The position numbers and the translations under genes were made by a program. Below are positions 34,433 to 45,621 of a DNA stretch of 62,220 nucleotides, piece after piece. Position 1 is the first letter of the stretch; each line of letters begins with the position of its first letter. This DNA comes from Macrostomum lignano. Taxonomy: Eukaryota. Where the stretch lies: positions 1-62,220 of the forward strand of contig NIVC01002612.1 of NCBI GenBank assembly GCA_002269645.1, read 5' to 3'. The notes beneath the pieces are model-generated. The model saw only the letters and a list, made by a program, of their open reading frames with translations. It was not told where the DNA came from and made no database searches.

Positions 34433-35650
34433 ATTCTGGGGGACCGCTGTGCTTAATTCAGTCATCATGGTCACATCACCAGTCCACAGGGTCACATCAA
34501 CAGTCAACGTGGTCATATTACCAGTCAACAAGGTTGCATCAACAGTCAACAAGGTCACATCACCAGTCAACATGGTCACATCACTAGCCCATAAGGTCAC
34601 ATCACAAGTCAACATGGTCACATCAACAGTCAACGTGGTCACATCACAAGTCAACATGGTCACATCACTAGTCCATAAGGTCACATCACCAGCCCATAAG
34701 GTCACATCACCGGTCAACATGGTCACATCACCAGTCAACATGGTCACATCACCAGTCAACATGGTCACATCACCAGTCAACATGGTCACATCACCAGTCA
34801 ACATGGTCACATCACCAGTCAACATGGTCACATCACCAGTCAACATGGTCACATCACCAGTCAACATGGTCACATCACGAGTCAACATGGTCACATCACA
34901 AGTCAACATGGTCACATCACCAGTCAACATGGTCACATCACCAGTCAACATGGTCACATCACCAGTCAACATGGTCACATCACCAGTCAACATGGTCACA
35001 TCACCAGTCAACATGGTCACATCACCAGTCAACATGGTCACATCACGAGTCAACATGGTCACATCAACAGTCAACATGGTCACATCACCAGTCAACATGG
35101 TCACATCACGAGTCAACATGGTCACATCAACAGTCAACATGGTCACATCACAAATCAACATGGTCACATCACGAGTCAACATGGTCACATCATGAGTCAA
35201 CATGGTCACATCAACAGTCAACATGGTCACATCACAAGTCAACATGGTCACATCACCAGTCAATATGGTCACATCACCAGTCAACATGGTCACATCACCA
35301 GTCAACATGGTCACTTCACTAGTCAACAAGGTCACATCACCAGTCAACAAGGTCACATCACCAGTCACTATGGGCACATCACCAGCCCATAAGGTCACAT
35401 CACCAGTCACTATGGGCACATCAGCCCATAAGGTCACATCAGTCAACAAGGTCACATCACCAGTCACTATGGGCACATCACCAGCCCATAAGGTCACATC
35501 ACCAGCCCATAAAGTCACATCACCAGTCACTATGGGCACATCACCAGCCCATAAGGTCACATCACCAGTCAACAGAGTCACATCACCAGTCAACATGGTC
35601 ACTTCACCAGCACATAATGTCACATCACTAGTCACCACTGTCACAGTGGT
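34433..35650. repeat. 21-bp minisatellite (GTCAACATGGTCACATCACCA)n, ~1.2 kb, preceded by the ATTCTGGGGGACCGC terminus
   Basis: Direct reading; the right TIR is not clearly preserved. Confidence 0.93.
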
Positions 35651-38169
35651 TTCGATCGATCAATGAAAGTACAGTGTTGGGCAGTGGGGCCAGGCGGGCG
35701 AGAGGATGGGGGTGGGGGGGTTGGGGCTTTTGGGGGCAGAGTGGTGAGCGGTGGAGGGGGGGGGTAAGCAACCGCGGAGTTGAGGTTTGGTGGGTGGTTT
35801 GAAAGTACAGGGGAAAGAAAAAGACTGAGGAATTTAATTAGGCGTTGGATTTGAAAGTTGAAATGGACATAGAATGAAAAAGAAAATGTGAACGCGCCAA
35901 TTTTAAATATTTCAATAAACAGATGAATGAATCCAATATGCGTCAATCAATCAATCAATCAATCAAGTATAAATCAACACGTCGCACTATATTCCAGTTC
36001 AATCACAAGATCAATCACAGTTTATCATAATCCAGGATTCCAGATTTTAAACGGATGAATCACCAATACTCATAACTAATTCGAACTATAATATTAAACG
36101 TAGAAACAATCAAACAAAGTGGAGACTAGGTGAAATGCACGAAATGATCAAAACTCGCAAGCAGGAGAATAGCTAACTTAGCTAAGCTAACCATAAATTG
36201 AAGAGTTAGCATTCTACCTTTGATTGTTGCTCGCGTGCGCCATTTTTAGCATTCTACCTTTGATTGTTGCTCATGCGCGCCGTTTTTATCATCAGTTAGA
36301 CAGTTAGTAGGCTACCCCCCCACGCTTTCTATTTCAATACCAGTGAGTTAAATATAAACAGGGGACGACCCTAGACAGAGTATGAATGACCTAACAGTCA
36401 GCCAATACAGAATAGCAAAAACCAACCCCAAATCACAAGCCAATCAATGATTATAATTGATGCTAAAATTGGCAAAAATTGACGACTATGGTAGATTCCA
36501 GGGTCTTAGCTTTTTTTAATTTCAAATTTCAAATTCAAATTTAAATTGAATGCAGATAGGTAAATCTCAAACACAGAAGTAAAAAATTTGACAAAAAATA
36601 AAAGTTCAGAGGCATGGAAAATAATACTTTACCTCTAAAGATTAAACATTAATATAATAATTTTTTCTACTTAAAACCACAAGTAACACTGAATTTCAAG
36701 AAAGAATGCTGTTTGTTTTTTCAAAGGGTATTGATAAATACCGAAGATAAACAGTTTGTTTATTTAACTTAGAAAATTATACATTTGTTTTAAACATAAA
36801 TTTTTGTTATAAATTGAAGCTGTTTATAGTTACTAAATTTAACATGCTATGAATCTGCCTGATTTAATATAAACAGAAGACACGGTACTTAAACCATTTT
36901 TAATATATAGCTCGTGTGTATCGAAAACATATACCATTGACAGACTGATAATGGACGGAGTTTATTATTGATGGTAAAGAAATGATGCCAATTGGGTTAT
37001 TGATCTTTACTGAAATTTAATATGGCGATCGAAACCTACAAATTCTGTAATATTCAGACTAATATCAATGTAGATCTAGTATTCATCTTGAACATATTTT
37101 AAAAAAGTAAAAGTATAGAGTTTTTTAAATTACATGTTTGCCTTTTTACTTTAACTGAATCAACTTTTGCAACTATCAAATTCCAAGCCATACCACAAAA
37201 TTAACCAATACTTTCCCTTAATTTCTTGCCAAAGAACTTGAAGCTGCCATTCTCTCCTTCTATTTATGGTTCTAAAATGTTGGAAGTGAAAAAATATACT
37301 AATAAATTTTACTTTTAAACTTTTGACTAAGGTTCCCATCACAGATCAATTATATTGTATGTAGAAATGTATATGTTAGTTTATAAATTAAAGCAAAACA
37401 AAATTGCATATTCCCCATTTGTACTTTTAAATGTGCAAGCAAAAATAGACCAAAACATACTTGAACTACACTGGACTTAAATAAAGAAGTGCGAACCATA
37501 AAAATGCAATAAAAAGCGTACAGCTACTAGCACTGGGAAAATGTAAAACAGTAAATAACAAGCCAAAAAATACTGGCAAAAACAAGAAAAAACAGAAAAA
37601 CCTATAGGCTGAAAAATACTAGGCAAAGCAGATATGGCACTGAAAACAATGAAAAAATGTAAATGACAATTGGCAAATGTTTAACTGGGAACTATACATA
37701 CCAAGAGAAAGACAAAACCATGCATAACAAGTAGAAACAGTTACTAGAATACAGTACGCTAAGAGAAAGAGGAGATGTACAGGCCAGGATAAGATACAAC
37801 TGACAGTAAAGATACTGTATGTAGGATATGTAGGATTTCTATGTCTTACATAGATGCGATGTAGTTTTCTTTGGTGTCATCCTTGCCCACTGCGTGCCTA
37901 AAGATCAGAATGTCAATCAGCAGTACTTAAGACACTTCATAATTCACCACCTTCACCCAGCTCTCCACAAAAAGCATCCGAGGACTTGAATCTCTGTGAA
38001 CAATCAACTGTTTGTTGTGATGTCAGTCCAAACTACATGTAAAACATGATTGCACAAACTTTCTAGAAAATAGAAAAAAAACTTACACCACACGACGAAA
38101 AGCATGATTTATATAGCACTTTTATACTGCAGTAAAGATTTGATAAATGGAGCTTGTTTCTTCACAAAA

Positions 38170-40181
38170 CAAAGAAACGTTGCAGAAAAATTTTCTGGAA
38201 TGTCACCGCGCGCTCTGATGCCAGCACATTGCCAGTGCTGCCATTTATGGCAGCCATCACATTGGATCCACTGAAGCTTGACGGATTGCGGCCGTAGGCA
38301 TTCATCAGAAGAACACTGTTCAGACTTGCTGTCACCTGCATGTTGATGTCAATATCCATGGCGACACACACGATTGCAATTTGAACTGTCAACTGACTGT
38401 AGATTTGCCGGTGTATTGTTCTGACTCACACATGTAGCTGCAGTGCCTGAGACTCAAAACAGGTTCCAGATTTTGGCATCATGGCAACGGCACTCTGGTG
38501 TTGAATGAGGACGCATATAGGTAAGCCGGCGATACACTATTCCTCTTTGTGTTCAGCAGACGTCATGGCAGTTTGCAATTCCTCGCATTTCATTTAGGTT
38601 GATCATTCAAAGTACGCCTTTCTGCAGGTCGATATCTTGTGCTGTAACAATAAATAAAATAACCTTTAAATCTGGTTCACAATGAGCAGCCGCCATGACC
38701 TCATCTGGGGTTCACACAGCGCCTCCCATCAATACAATGCTGTTGCATCGCCTCTTGATAACTGCTCCTACTCCGTCAGCTGCGCCTTTGCCATGGCCCG
38801 CTTCTGTAAAAAGCCACTGCCAGTCATGCACTCCCATTTTTCGCAGCAGACAATAAAAAACATACAGATTAAATCGATTTCTACACTGGCTGCTAGGAAA
38901 GTCTGATATTACGGTAATCTTGGTAATTTTTGGAAATTTGGCTCGAAAATACCTTAGGACAGGCAAAAGGTGAGCTCCTACTGCGTTTCCAGTTGAAAAG
39001 CAAATAGGACTTTGACTAGGGTAATAGCGCAGTCCTTAACAAATAGTCACTTCATGCTTGGCACCAAAATGACTTGACTGCACTTCATGTCCACACTTCC
39101 TGGAGTAGTTCTCGGGAAAATCGATTAGCAAAATGAGATGACTTGGTTTTTGATTGAATTTTAGCTCCCGGATGGCTCAGTACTGATGTCTAAGCTGAAA
39201 AAAGTTGCAGGAATACTTCGCCATTTGCTTTTTCAGCTTACTCAGGGCAAGGTTGCATGGAATACTTTTTTGCACCAACTGAGTGCTGAAACTGCCAGAA
39301 TCTCCTACGGGAACTGACTTCCACTTGCAATAGCGAATCTCTCGGTTGGATTCCTTAAATTTTGAAGGCAGCTTGTCGTGGCATTGTGTACAGTTTCGCT
39401 GAAGGCATGCTTCATTCTCCATTGAGCATACCATTTCACTAAGATTCTGGTTCACATCAGTGGAGGCAATCAGCTTTGATGCATAAAAACCTTTCAGTAA
39501 CAGAGTAGTATTCGTGCATCGCTGACACAAGCACATATCTCTGTCAGTAAGCTTCGGATGAAGCACATGCCATGGCTTCCATCTATAAAATGTTGCCCTG
39601 CTCACTTGAGCTGTTGGATGCTCTGAAACAAACTTTAGTTGGAGAACCTCAATTGTAGAAAGAAGGTACCTTTTCTGGCGGGTCTCCTTTTTGCGTGTGA
39701 TGGACTTGTTGGGTCGTTTGCTTTCTTTTCGAGGTGAGAAGGTATTGAACAATTGCATTAGCGGACTCTGAGCATTTCTCCTTCGACCCCTTCTGACCCT
39801 GCTTCTTCAAAAATTGAATCTCTTTCTTTAAATTATCTACTTGACTTGCCAGAGACTGATTGGCATTTATTACTTTCTGTCGCTCTCTTTGCCTTGCTGC
39901 TTTAGATTTGGATAGGCCTGTTCTTTTTCCATCTTTCTCACAATCACTAGACGCCTTAATTGATATTAAATTGCTATGCTTCATTTTTGCCCTGTAATGT
40001 CAGGCAGACGCCAGGCTTTCTGCCTCTCTTTCACTCTGCTTTTGCTTGGCACTCAAAGAGCGTCGTCTCTTGGCACTCCAATTCTGCTGCAACTCTCTCT
40101 GCTTCTCTGGGTCAGTCTTGTACTTCTTTGCAAGTGCACGACGGTTTGCTTCTAGCTGACGCTGCCATTTTGGGTTTGCCA
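38170..40181 (-). pseudogene. Decayed Sola-like DDD transposase with C-terminal PHD finger
   Basis: Across ORFs 40000-40233, 39649-39984, 39177-39758 and 38712-38966: TRKKETRQKRYL, CLCQRCTN, LIDFPENY, AHLLPVL, ISDFPSSQCRN, WLFTEAGHGKGAADGVGAVIKR; PHD-like CSSDEC..WIQCDGCHKWQHWQCAGI at 38318-38215. In-frame stops and frameshifts are present; TIRs were not found. Confidence 0.75.
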
Positions 40182-42281
40182 TGGGCAGAAGACTGAAAAG
40201 TTGCCAAAATTGGTTGTGTATATTGAATGACATTTACAGCACAGCTCAAAGAGCAGGCTTCTTCATCTTCATGGTATCTGGTATCAATTTAATGAAAATA
40301 ACTGTAGTAATTTTAAGAATATCTGTATTTAAAATTGCCAAAATTTACAAATAGGCAGATGAGACTCTCACTTTTCTATTTTTGTATGTAAATAACAAGA
40401 TTGACAATTGAAAATAACTAAATAGAATAATAGATATGGTATTCAGATTGCAAGGTAAACATATACTGCTACACACATATAAATACAAATAGAAGTAGAT
40501 AGATTGTGCTAGTGTTAGATACACTTCCTAATTAAAAAAACTTTCTTAGGGGTCATTAAATACAATAAAAATATGTAATACCAGGATTCTTTTTGCTTTA
40601 ACCTAACCATGGGATCTGTTTCTAAGGGTTCCTGCCATACCTATTATCCTTATTAACCTACTATCAAAACAGGCATTTAAATATGATAATATTAGAGGAA
40701 CATATTAAATAGATTAGAAATAAATAGATATTAAATATTAAATAAATAGATTGACAGGAATAAATTAGAATTATTCTGTGGATTACTGAACATTAGAGCT
40801 CAAGATATACACATAAGATCAAAAATGAATATCATTACAAGTGAATTCATCACATATTTTCGCACAAAAAGAAACAAAAACTGCTTACTTAAGTATAATA
40901 CTTGGCTATGAATGTTTAAAAACCCATATAATGAACTTAATAAGGTCCATACTTCTTTAGTAAAATCACAAGAACATGCAATGAAAAACTACTCTTTGTT
41001 TAGTATTTTTCTACATAATAAAATGTTTTGGGAACATTTACAAGCTTATGAGCTAAGTAAACTTACACCTTACAGGAAATTTTGTGCTTATGTAAAAAGT
41101 CAAAATGTAACATCAATAGGCATAACTAAGTAACAATGCATTGACAGTCGCAGATAAAATGGAAGAACAATATTCAAAATGTCTCTGAAAGAATGAATCA
41201 CTGAAGATCAAAAATGTTTGGTGTTGTTTATCAGAAAACATACACCTTACAGGAACTTTTCAACAGTAGACAAATATCATGCAATTGAGACAGGGCCAAA
41301 TAAGTTCATAAATTTTAAAAACACAGCGGTACAATATCCACAAGCTCCTAGATAAAGGTTTTCCCCAATATTTTCAGTCCTTGTCACATAGAAAAAGATA
41401 GTACACATGCAAAAAAAGCGTTATGAAACAAAAATGTACTTAAGGTAACAAGTCAGAAAGCTACGTTTTTGGTCTCTATCGCCACAAAAAAACAGAAGCT
41501 CTGGCTAAATGTTTAAATAAGCATTAAGGTTTTTTATTAAATAACAGTTACGAGCGTAAAGTTATGTACAAATACTTCTGATTTAACAATAAATTCATGC
41601 TCAAAGAAAAATTTGTTTATTATTTACATATATTTAAATCTGAGATTTACCCAGATTGCTGAAATTGAATGCAGATTGCTGAAATGGAATGCAAGCATGC
41701 TTAAACTGAATAAAGATTTGGTTGGCTAAATTTAGATTGCCAATTTTGAATGCCAGCTTGCTGAAATTGAATGCAATTTTGGTTGAAATTGAATGCAAAA
41801 AGGTGTAGATAGACCTCAATAATTTGAGGATAATATAAATAAGCCTTGGGATATGCCATATGGCTTGGTCTAGAATAGAAAGTCTTAGTTGATTATATAG
41901 TAAACTATTAAAAATATCTTTTTTATTAGTCAAAGGCTATATGCATCCTATTATACTTTAAATAACATTGTCCAATAATTAGCATGAAGTATTGCCATTT
42001 TTTGAGCAGATATCTATGTATATAGTCATACACAGGCATATAGCTACTAAGAACTATATAGTATACCTAATTTTATTCCTTGTTAGGCATACACTTCACT
42101 ATGCCTTGGGGGGTTGGCCCTTCAAGGGTACTAATTATAAATAAACCTAAGCTAAGTTTTTAATCTTGTCCCAAATGGCTATTTTAATAATTTTTCTTAA
42201 ACAAAGCCTTCAGACGCAAACTGCAAGAGCAGAAAGCAACAGTAAGTTACTCATTGGCAACAGAGACAATCTGCAGCAACA

Positions 42282-44451
42282 ATGTCAGTGGAGCCTGTTG
42301 AGCAGCCAGGCGCGAGCACCACCAAAGTAGCATTTGGCTTCAAGAGAACCAAAACTGGCCGACTGGCTGGTGCAGCCGCTGCCGAGGTTCTTGTCACTGA
42401 GGAGCAAAACCGGCGCCAGCAGCCCAATCAGCCAGTGGCCGAGCTCATCACCGCCATCGAGGGTGACCAAGTTGAACGGCTGGATGGTCAGGCGGCGTCG
42501 GGCTCGGCCGCAGACCTGGACTCCGAGCCTGTGGTGCCCCTGCTGGCTGACAAGCGGGACTGGGCCGCGGCGGCAAAGAGGCGCCGGATTGAAGCTGCAG
42601 CGGCAGCGGAGGCGTCGGAGGCGGACCAGCTGACCAAGGCAAGCCCGGCTGTGCTGGCCATCTTGGCCGAGTGCCAGAATGGAAGCGGCACCATCGGCGC
42701 TTCGTCAACTAATTCAACAGTCGATGAGGTGCCGCTGCAAACCAATCAGCAGCAGGATTCGAACAATGACCACCAGGCCAGAGGGGAAGAAGATGCTGAA
42801 GCAGAGCCGGAGGACGCCGACTACAACGCCGTGGCTGTGGAATCGTTCGGCTTGGCGGCCCTGCGCGGCATGGGGTTCAAAGGCACCGCCGAGGATCTGG
42901 CCAAGGAGGCCAGCCAGCGCGAGGTGCGGCTGCGGCCGCGCGGCCTGGGACTGGGAGCCGACTCGGCGGATGCTAGCGGGTAGGTTGAGCTCTCGAAGTT
43001 TTGCTTGAATTTGTATAGAAGGCCGCCCAAATTTCGGCTGGGTGCAGAGCAGCTCGGTGGTTAACGCGTCTCCCGAGTTCGATTCCCGGCCGCGCTTGTG
43101 TGCACGAAAATTGCTCTGATACTAGTAGTGTCAGCCTAGGGTTGTAGCCTAGTGGTAAGAGCGTCGAACTCATGACTTAAGGTCGGGGGTTCGATTCCCG
43201 ATCCCACTGGAAAAAATGTTGTATCCTTGAGCACTTGATACTTAACTCTGCATTGCTTCAGTTCACCCAGCTGTAAATGGGTGCCAACATTAGCTGGGGT
43301 AATTAAGGGTGTGTGTGGCGACCCCCCAGTCCTTGGACTGAACAGCCGTACGCAGCCTTCAGATGCGCCGCGCAATAGCTGCCGCTGAGCTGTCGGTTGC
43401 ACATCTGGCCCAATTAGGGCAGGTGAAATCAATTATTAATAGTGTCAAATTCCTTCAAAATTATCTCACTTGCGGCGCTAAATATGGCGCTAGAATCTCA
43501 CCTGCGGCGCTAAATATGGCGCTAGAATCTCACCTGCGGCGCTAAATATGGCGCTAGAATTTCACCTCTGGCGCTAAATATGGCGCTAGAATTTCACCTC
43601 TGGCGCTAAATATGGCGCTAGAATCTCACCTGCGGCGCTAAATATGGCGCTAGAATCTCACCTGTGGCGCTAAATATGGCGCTAGAATCTCACCTGTGGC
43701 GCTAAATAGGCGCTAGATTGTCACCCCTGGCGCACAGCTAACATCCGGCTCTCTCATTCACTCTCACAGGCGCCAGGCGGCCGCCCTGGCGTCATCAGCC
43801 GGCGCCGACGATGCCGCCGCCGCCGATCTGCAGTGGAAGCCGGGCACTCGGTGCCGAGTCACGGCTGGCAGAGACGCCGGCCACTGCGGCACGCTGGTCT
43901 CGGCCGACTCGGACGCGAGCCGCTGGCTGGTGGCCGTGGCGCAGCTGTCCGGCCGGGTCAAGTCCTACCCGCTGGCCGCGCTGGAACTCATCGGCCAGAG
44001 ACAGTTCGACAAGGACAGCCGGGTGATGAACGCGGCCAGGGTCAACCAGTACAGAGCCGAGCAGTCGCGGCGTGGCTGGCTGCGGGCCGGCTGCCTGGTG
44101 AAAGTCTGCGCCACCGGCCACCGGCTCTACGGCCGTCGGCTGCGCGTGCTCGACGAACTGCGCGACGGCGCCGCTGGTCGATGCGTCGACGGTGGCGACA
44201 ACGACGCCGGGCCAGCTGTTGAAATGTCAGTCGGCGAACTGGAGACTGCGGTGCCCCGTCGGCGAGATGTGCGCGTTGTGGTGGTGCGCGGCACCTTGGC
44301 CGGCAAGCTTGGCCGCACCGCCGACGATGCGGACCGCGACGACGGCCTTCGCCGCCGGGGCCTCGTCCGGGTGCGGCTGCGCGACTCCGGCGACATCGTC
44401 AAGCTGGCCATGGATGACGTGTGCGAGTATCGGCCTCCGGTGTCCGGCTGA
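42282..44451 (+). CDS. GPKOW: Gene E: G-patch domain and KOW motifs-containing protein (Spp2/MOS2 family splicing factor), 2 coding exons, 459 aa
   Basis: Exons 42282-42979 and 43770-44451 (1380 nt, in frame). DYNAVAVESFGLAALRGMGF..RPRGLGLGAD G-patch; KOW motifs KPGTRCRVTAGRDAGHCG and LETAVPRRRDVRVVVVRGTLAGKLG; C-terminal DDVCEY. Confidence 0.92.
43139..43412 (+). mobile_element. tRNA-derived SINE (family S1), full length, in the GPKOW intron
   Basis: A-box TAGCCTAGTGG, B-box GGTTCGATTCC, central CTTCAGTTCACCCAGCTGTAAATGGGTGCC; two further copies are in the window. Confidence 0.9.
43483..43730. repeat. 32-bp minisatellite (GGCGCTAAATATGGCGCTAGAATCTCACCTGC)n, ~8 units
   Basis: Direct reading. 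Confidence 0.95.
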
Positions 44452-44464
44452 CTGGCTGCGGGAC

Positions 44465-44648
44465 TGCTAATCTGTGTGCAACTGTGGATTGCTAATCTGT
44501 GTGCAACTGTGGATTGCTAATCTGTGTGCGACTGTGGATTGCTAATCTGTGTGCAACTGTGGATTGCTAATCTGTGTGCGACTGTGGATTGCTAATCTGT
44601 GTGCAACTGTGGATTGCTAATCTGTGTGCAACTGTGGATTGCTAATCT
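44465..44648. repeat. 25-bp minisatellite (GCTAATCTGTGTGCAACTGTGGATT)n in the GPKOW 3' UTR region
   Basis: About 7 units starting 14 nt after the stop codon. Confidence 0.95.
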
Positions 44649-45055
44649 ATCTGCCAGTGGACGAAGTTTTGAGAATGCTTAAAATACTCCAAGTATAGCA
44701 TTTAGTTTTCTGTATTTTATAATGCTCTTTCTATTCTATTTGCATCAACTTGCTGTTTGCAGTTATCTGCAGAATGTTTGTACAAAAACTGAATCAAATA
44801 GAAAGCATGAAAGCTCTGCTTACCTGATGCGACTTCTGTGAAATTCTAATTAAAAAGCAGATTTGTAATTCGTTTAAACATTTAATTTCTAGTTTAATTA
44901 AATTTCAATAAGTGATGAAGTACCGGTTAACCGAAGATCTTCTAGTCAACTTTCTAAGAAAAAAAGTTCTCTAACTGGAGACTGGAAATCGAGTGAATCT
45001 CAATTGTCCGCACTAACTATACGCTCGGACAATTGAGTGTCTTAAAGTATTCCGT

Positions 45056-45492
45056 AGCAAACTACATGTAATGGAGCGATAGTGCACGGCTTGCAACTAC
45101 AATACTGCCCGAGTACGCGCACGAGTGTCTATGGCATTGTAATATGGTCTAGCCAACAAGTGAGACAAGATAATGAGAATCTTTGCCTTAGACAACTTGC
45201 AATCAGCGTGCAAAATGATTAAATGAAGCAAAGCCAGCTTCATGCAACTCAAAAATGATAGTAGGTCGAACGTTGTGCCCGGTATAACGTTTATACCGGC
45301 CTCCTCTCCTTGAAGCCTCGGCAACGACCAGTTTGCTCAAACTTAACGATCACGTTCCTGGCAGACTGGTGAGGTATGCTCAGCTGTTTCGCCAGCTTCA
45401 GCCAGGTGCTCTGGAACTCTAAACAAAAATCGAGCAAACTACATGTAATGGAGAGATAGTGCACGGCTTGCAACTACAATACAATACTGCCC
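45056..45492 (-). mobile_element. Tc1/mariner-like HTH fragment between two ~55-bp direct repeats
   Basis: KLAKQLSIPHQSARNVIVKFEQTG (45400-45330, minus) resembles the Tc1 N-terminal HTH; direct repeats AGCAAACTACATGTAATGGAG.GATAGTGCACGGCTTGCAACTACAATAC at 45056 and 45433. Confidence 0.5.
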
Positions 45493-45621
45493 AGACTTGC
45501 ATAAAATTTGGGGTCGGACATTCTTTACTGCCTACTTGTGCATCAGTACTACATAAATAATAGAATCAGGTTACGTTTATTAAGTTTTAGCCATAAACAT
45601 CATCAATCAGTTTTACAAATA

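Noticed and set aside
34430-35666. 404-aa GDVTMLT repeat ORF
   Set aside because: Pure 21-bp minisatellite, open on both strands.
36206-36286. 40-bp tandem duplication (TTAGCATTCTACCTTTGATTGTTGCTC..)
   Set aside because: Only two units and no associated feature; ordinary for this repeat-rich genome.
36300-42200. Terminal inverted repeats for the Sola-like element
   Set aside because: Searched by eye on both flanks and found no convincing pair, so element boundaries are not reported.
43139-43215. Bona fide tRNA gene
   Set aside because: A/B boxes are present but it continues into the SINE body shared by three copies, and no complete cloverleaf or acceptor stem could be drawn. Similar B-box scraps at 43055-43090, 50170-50195 and 56995-57015 are also incomplete.
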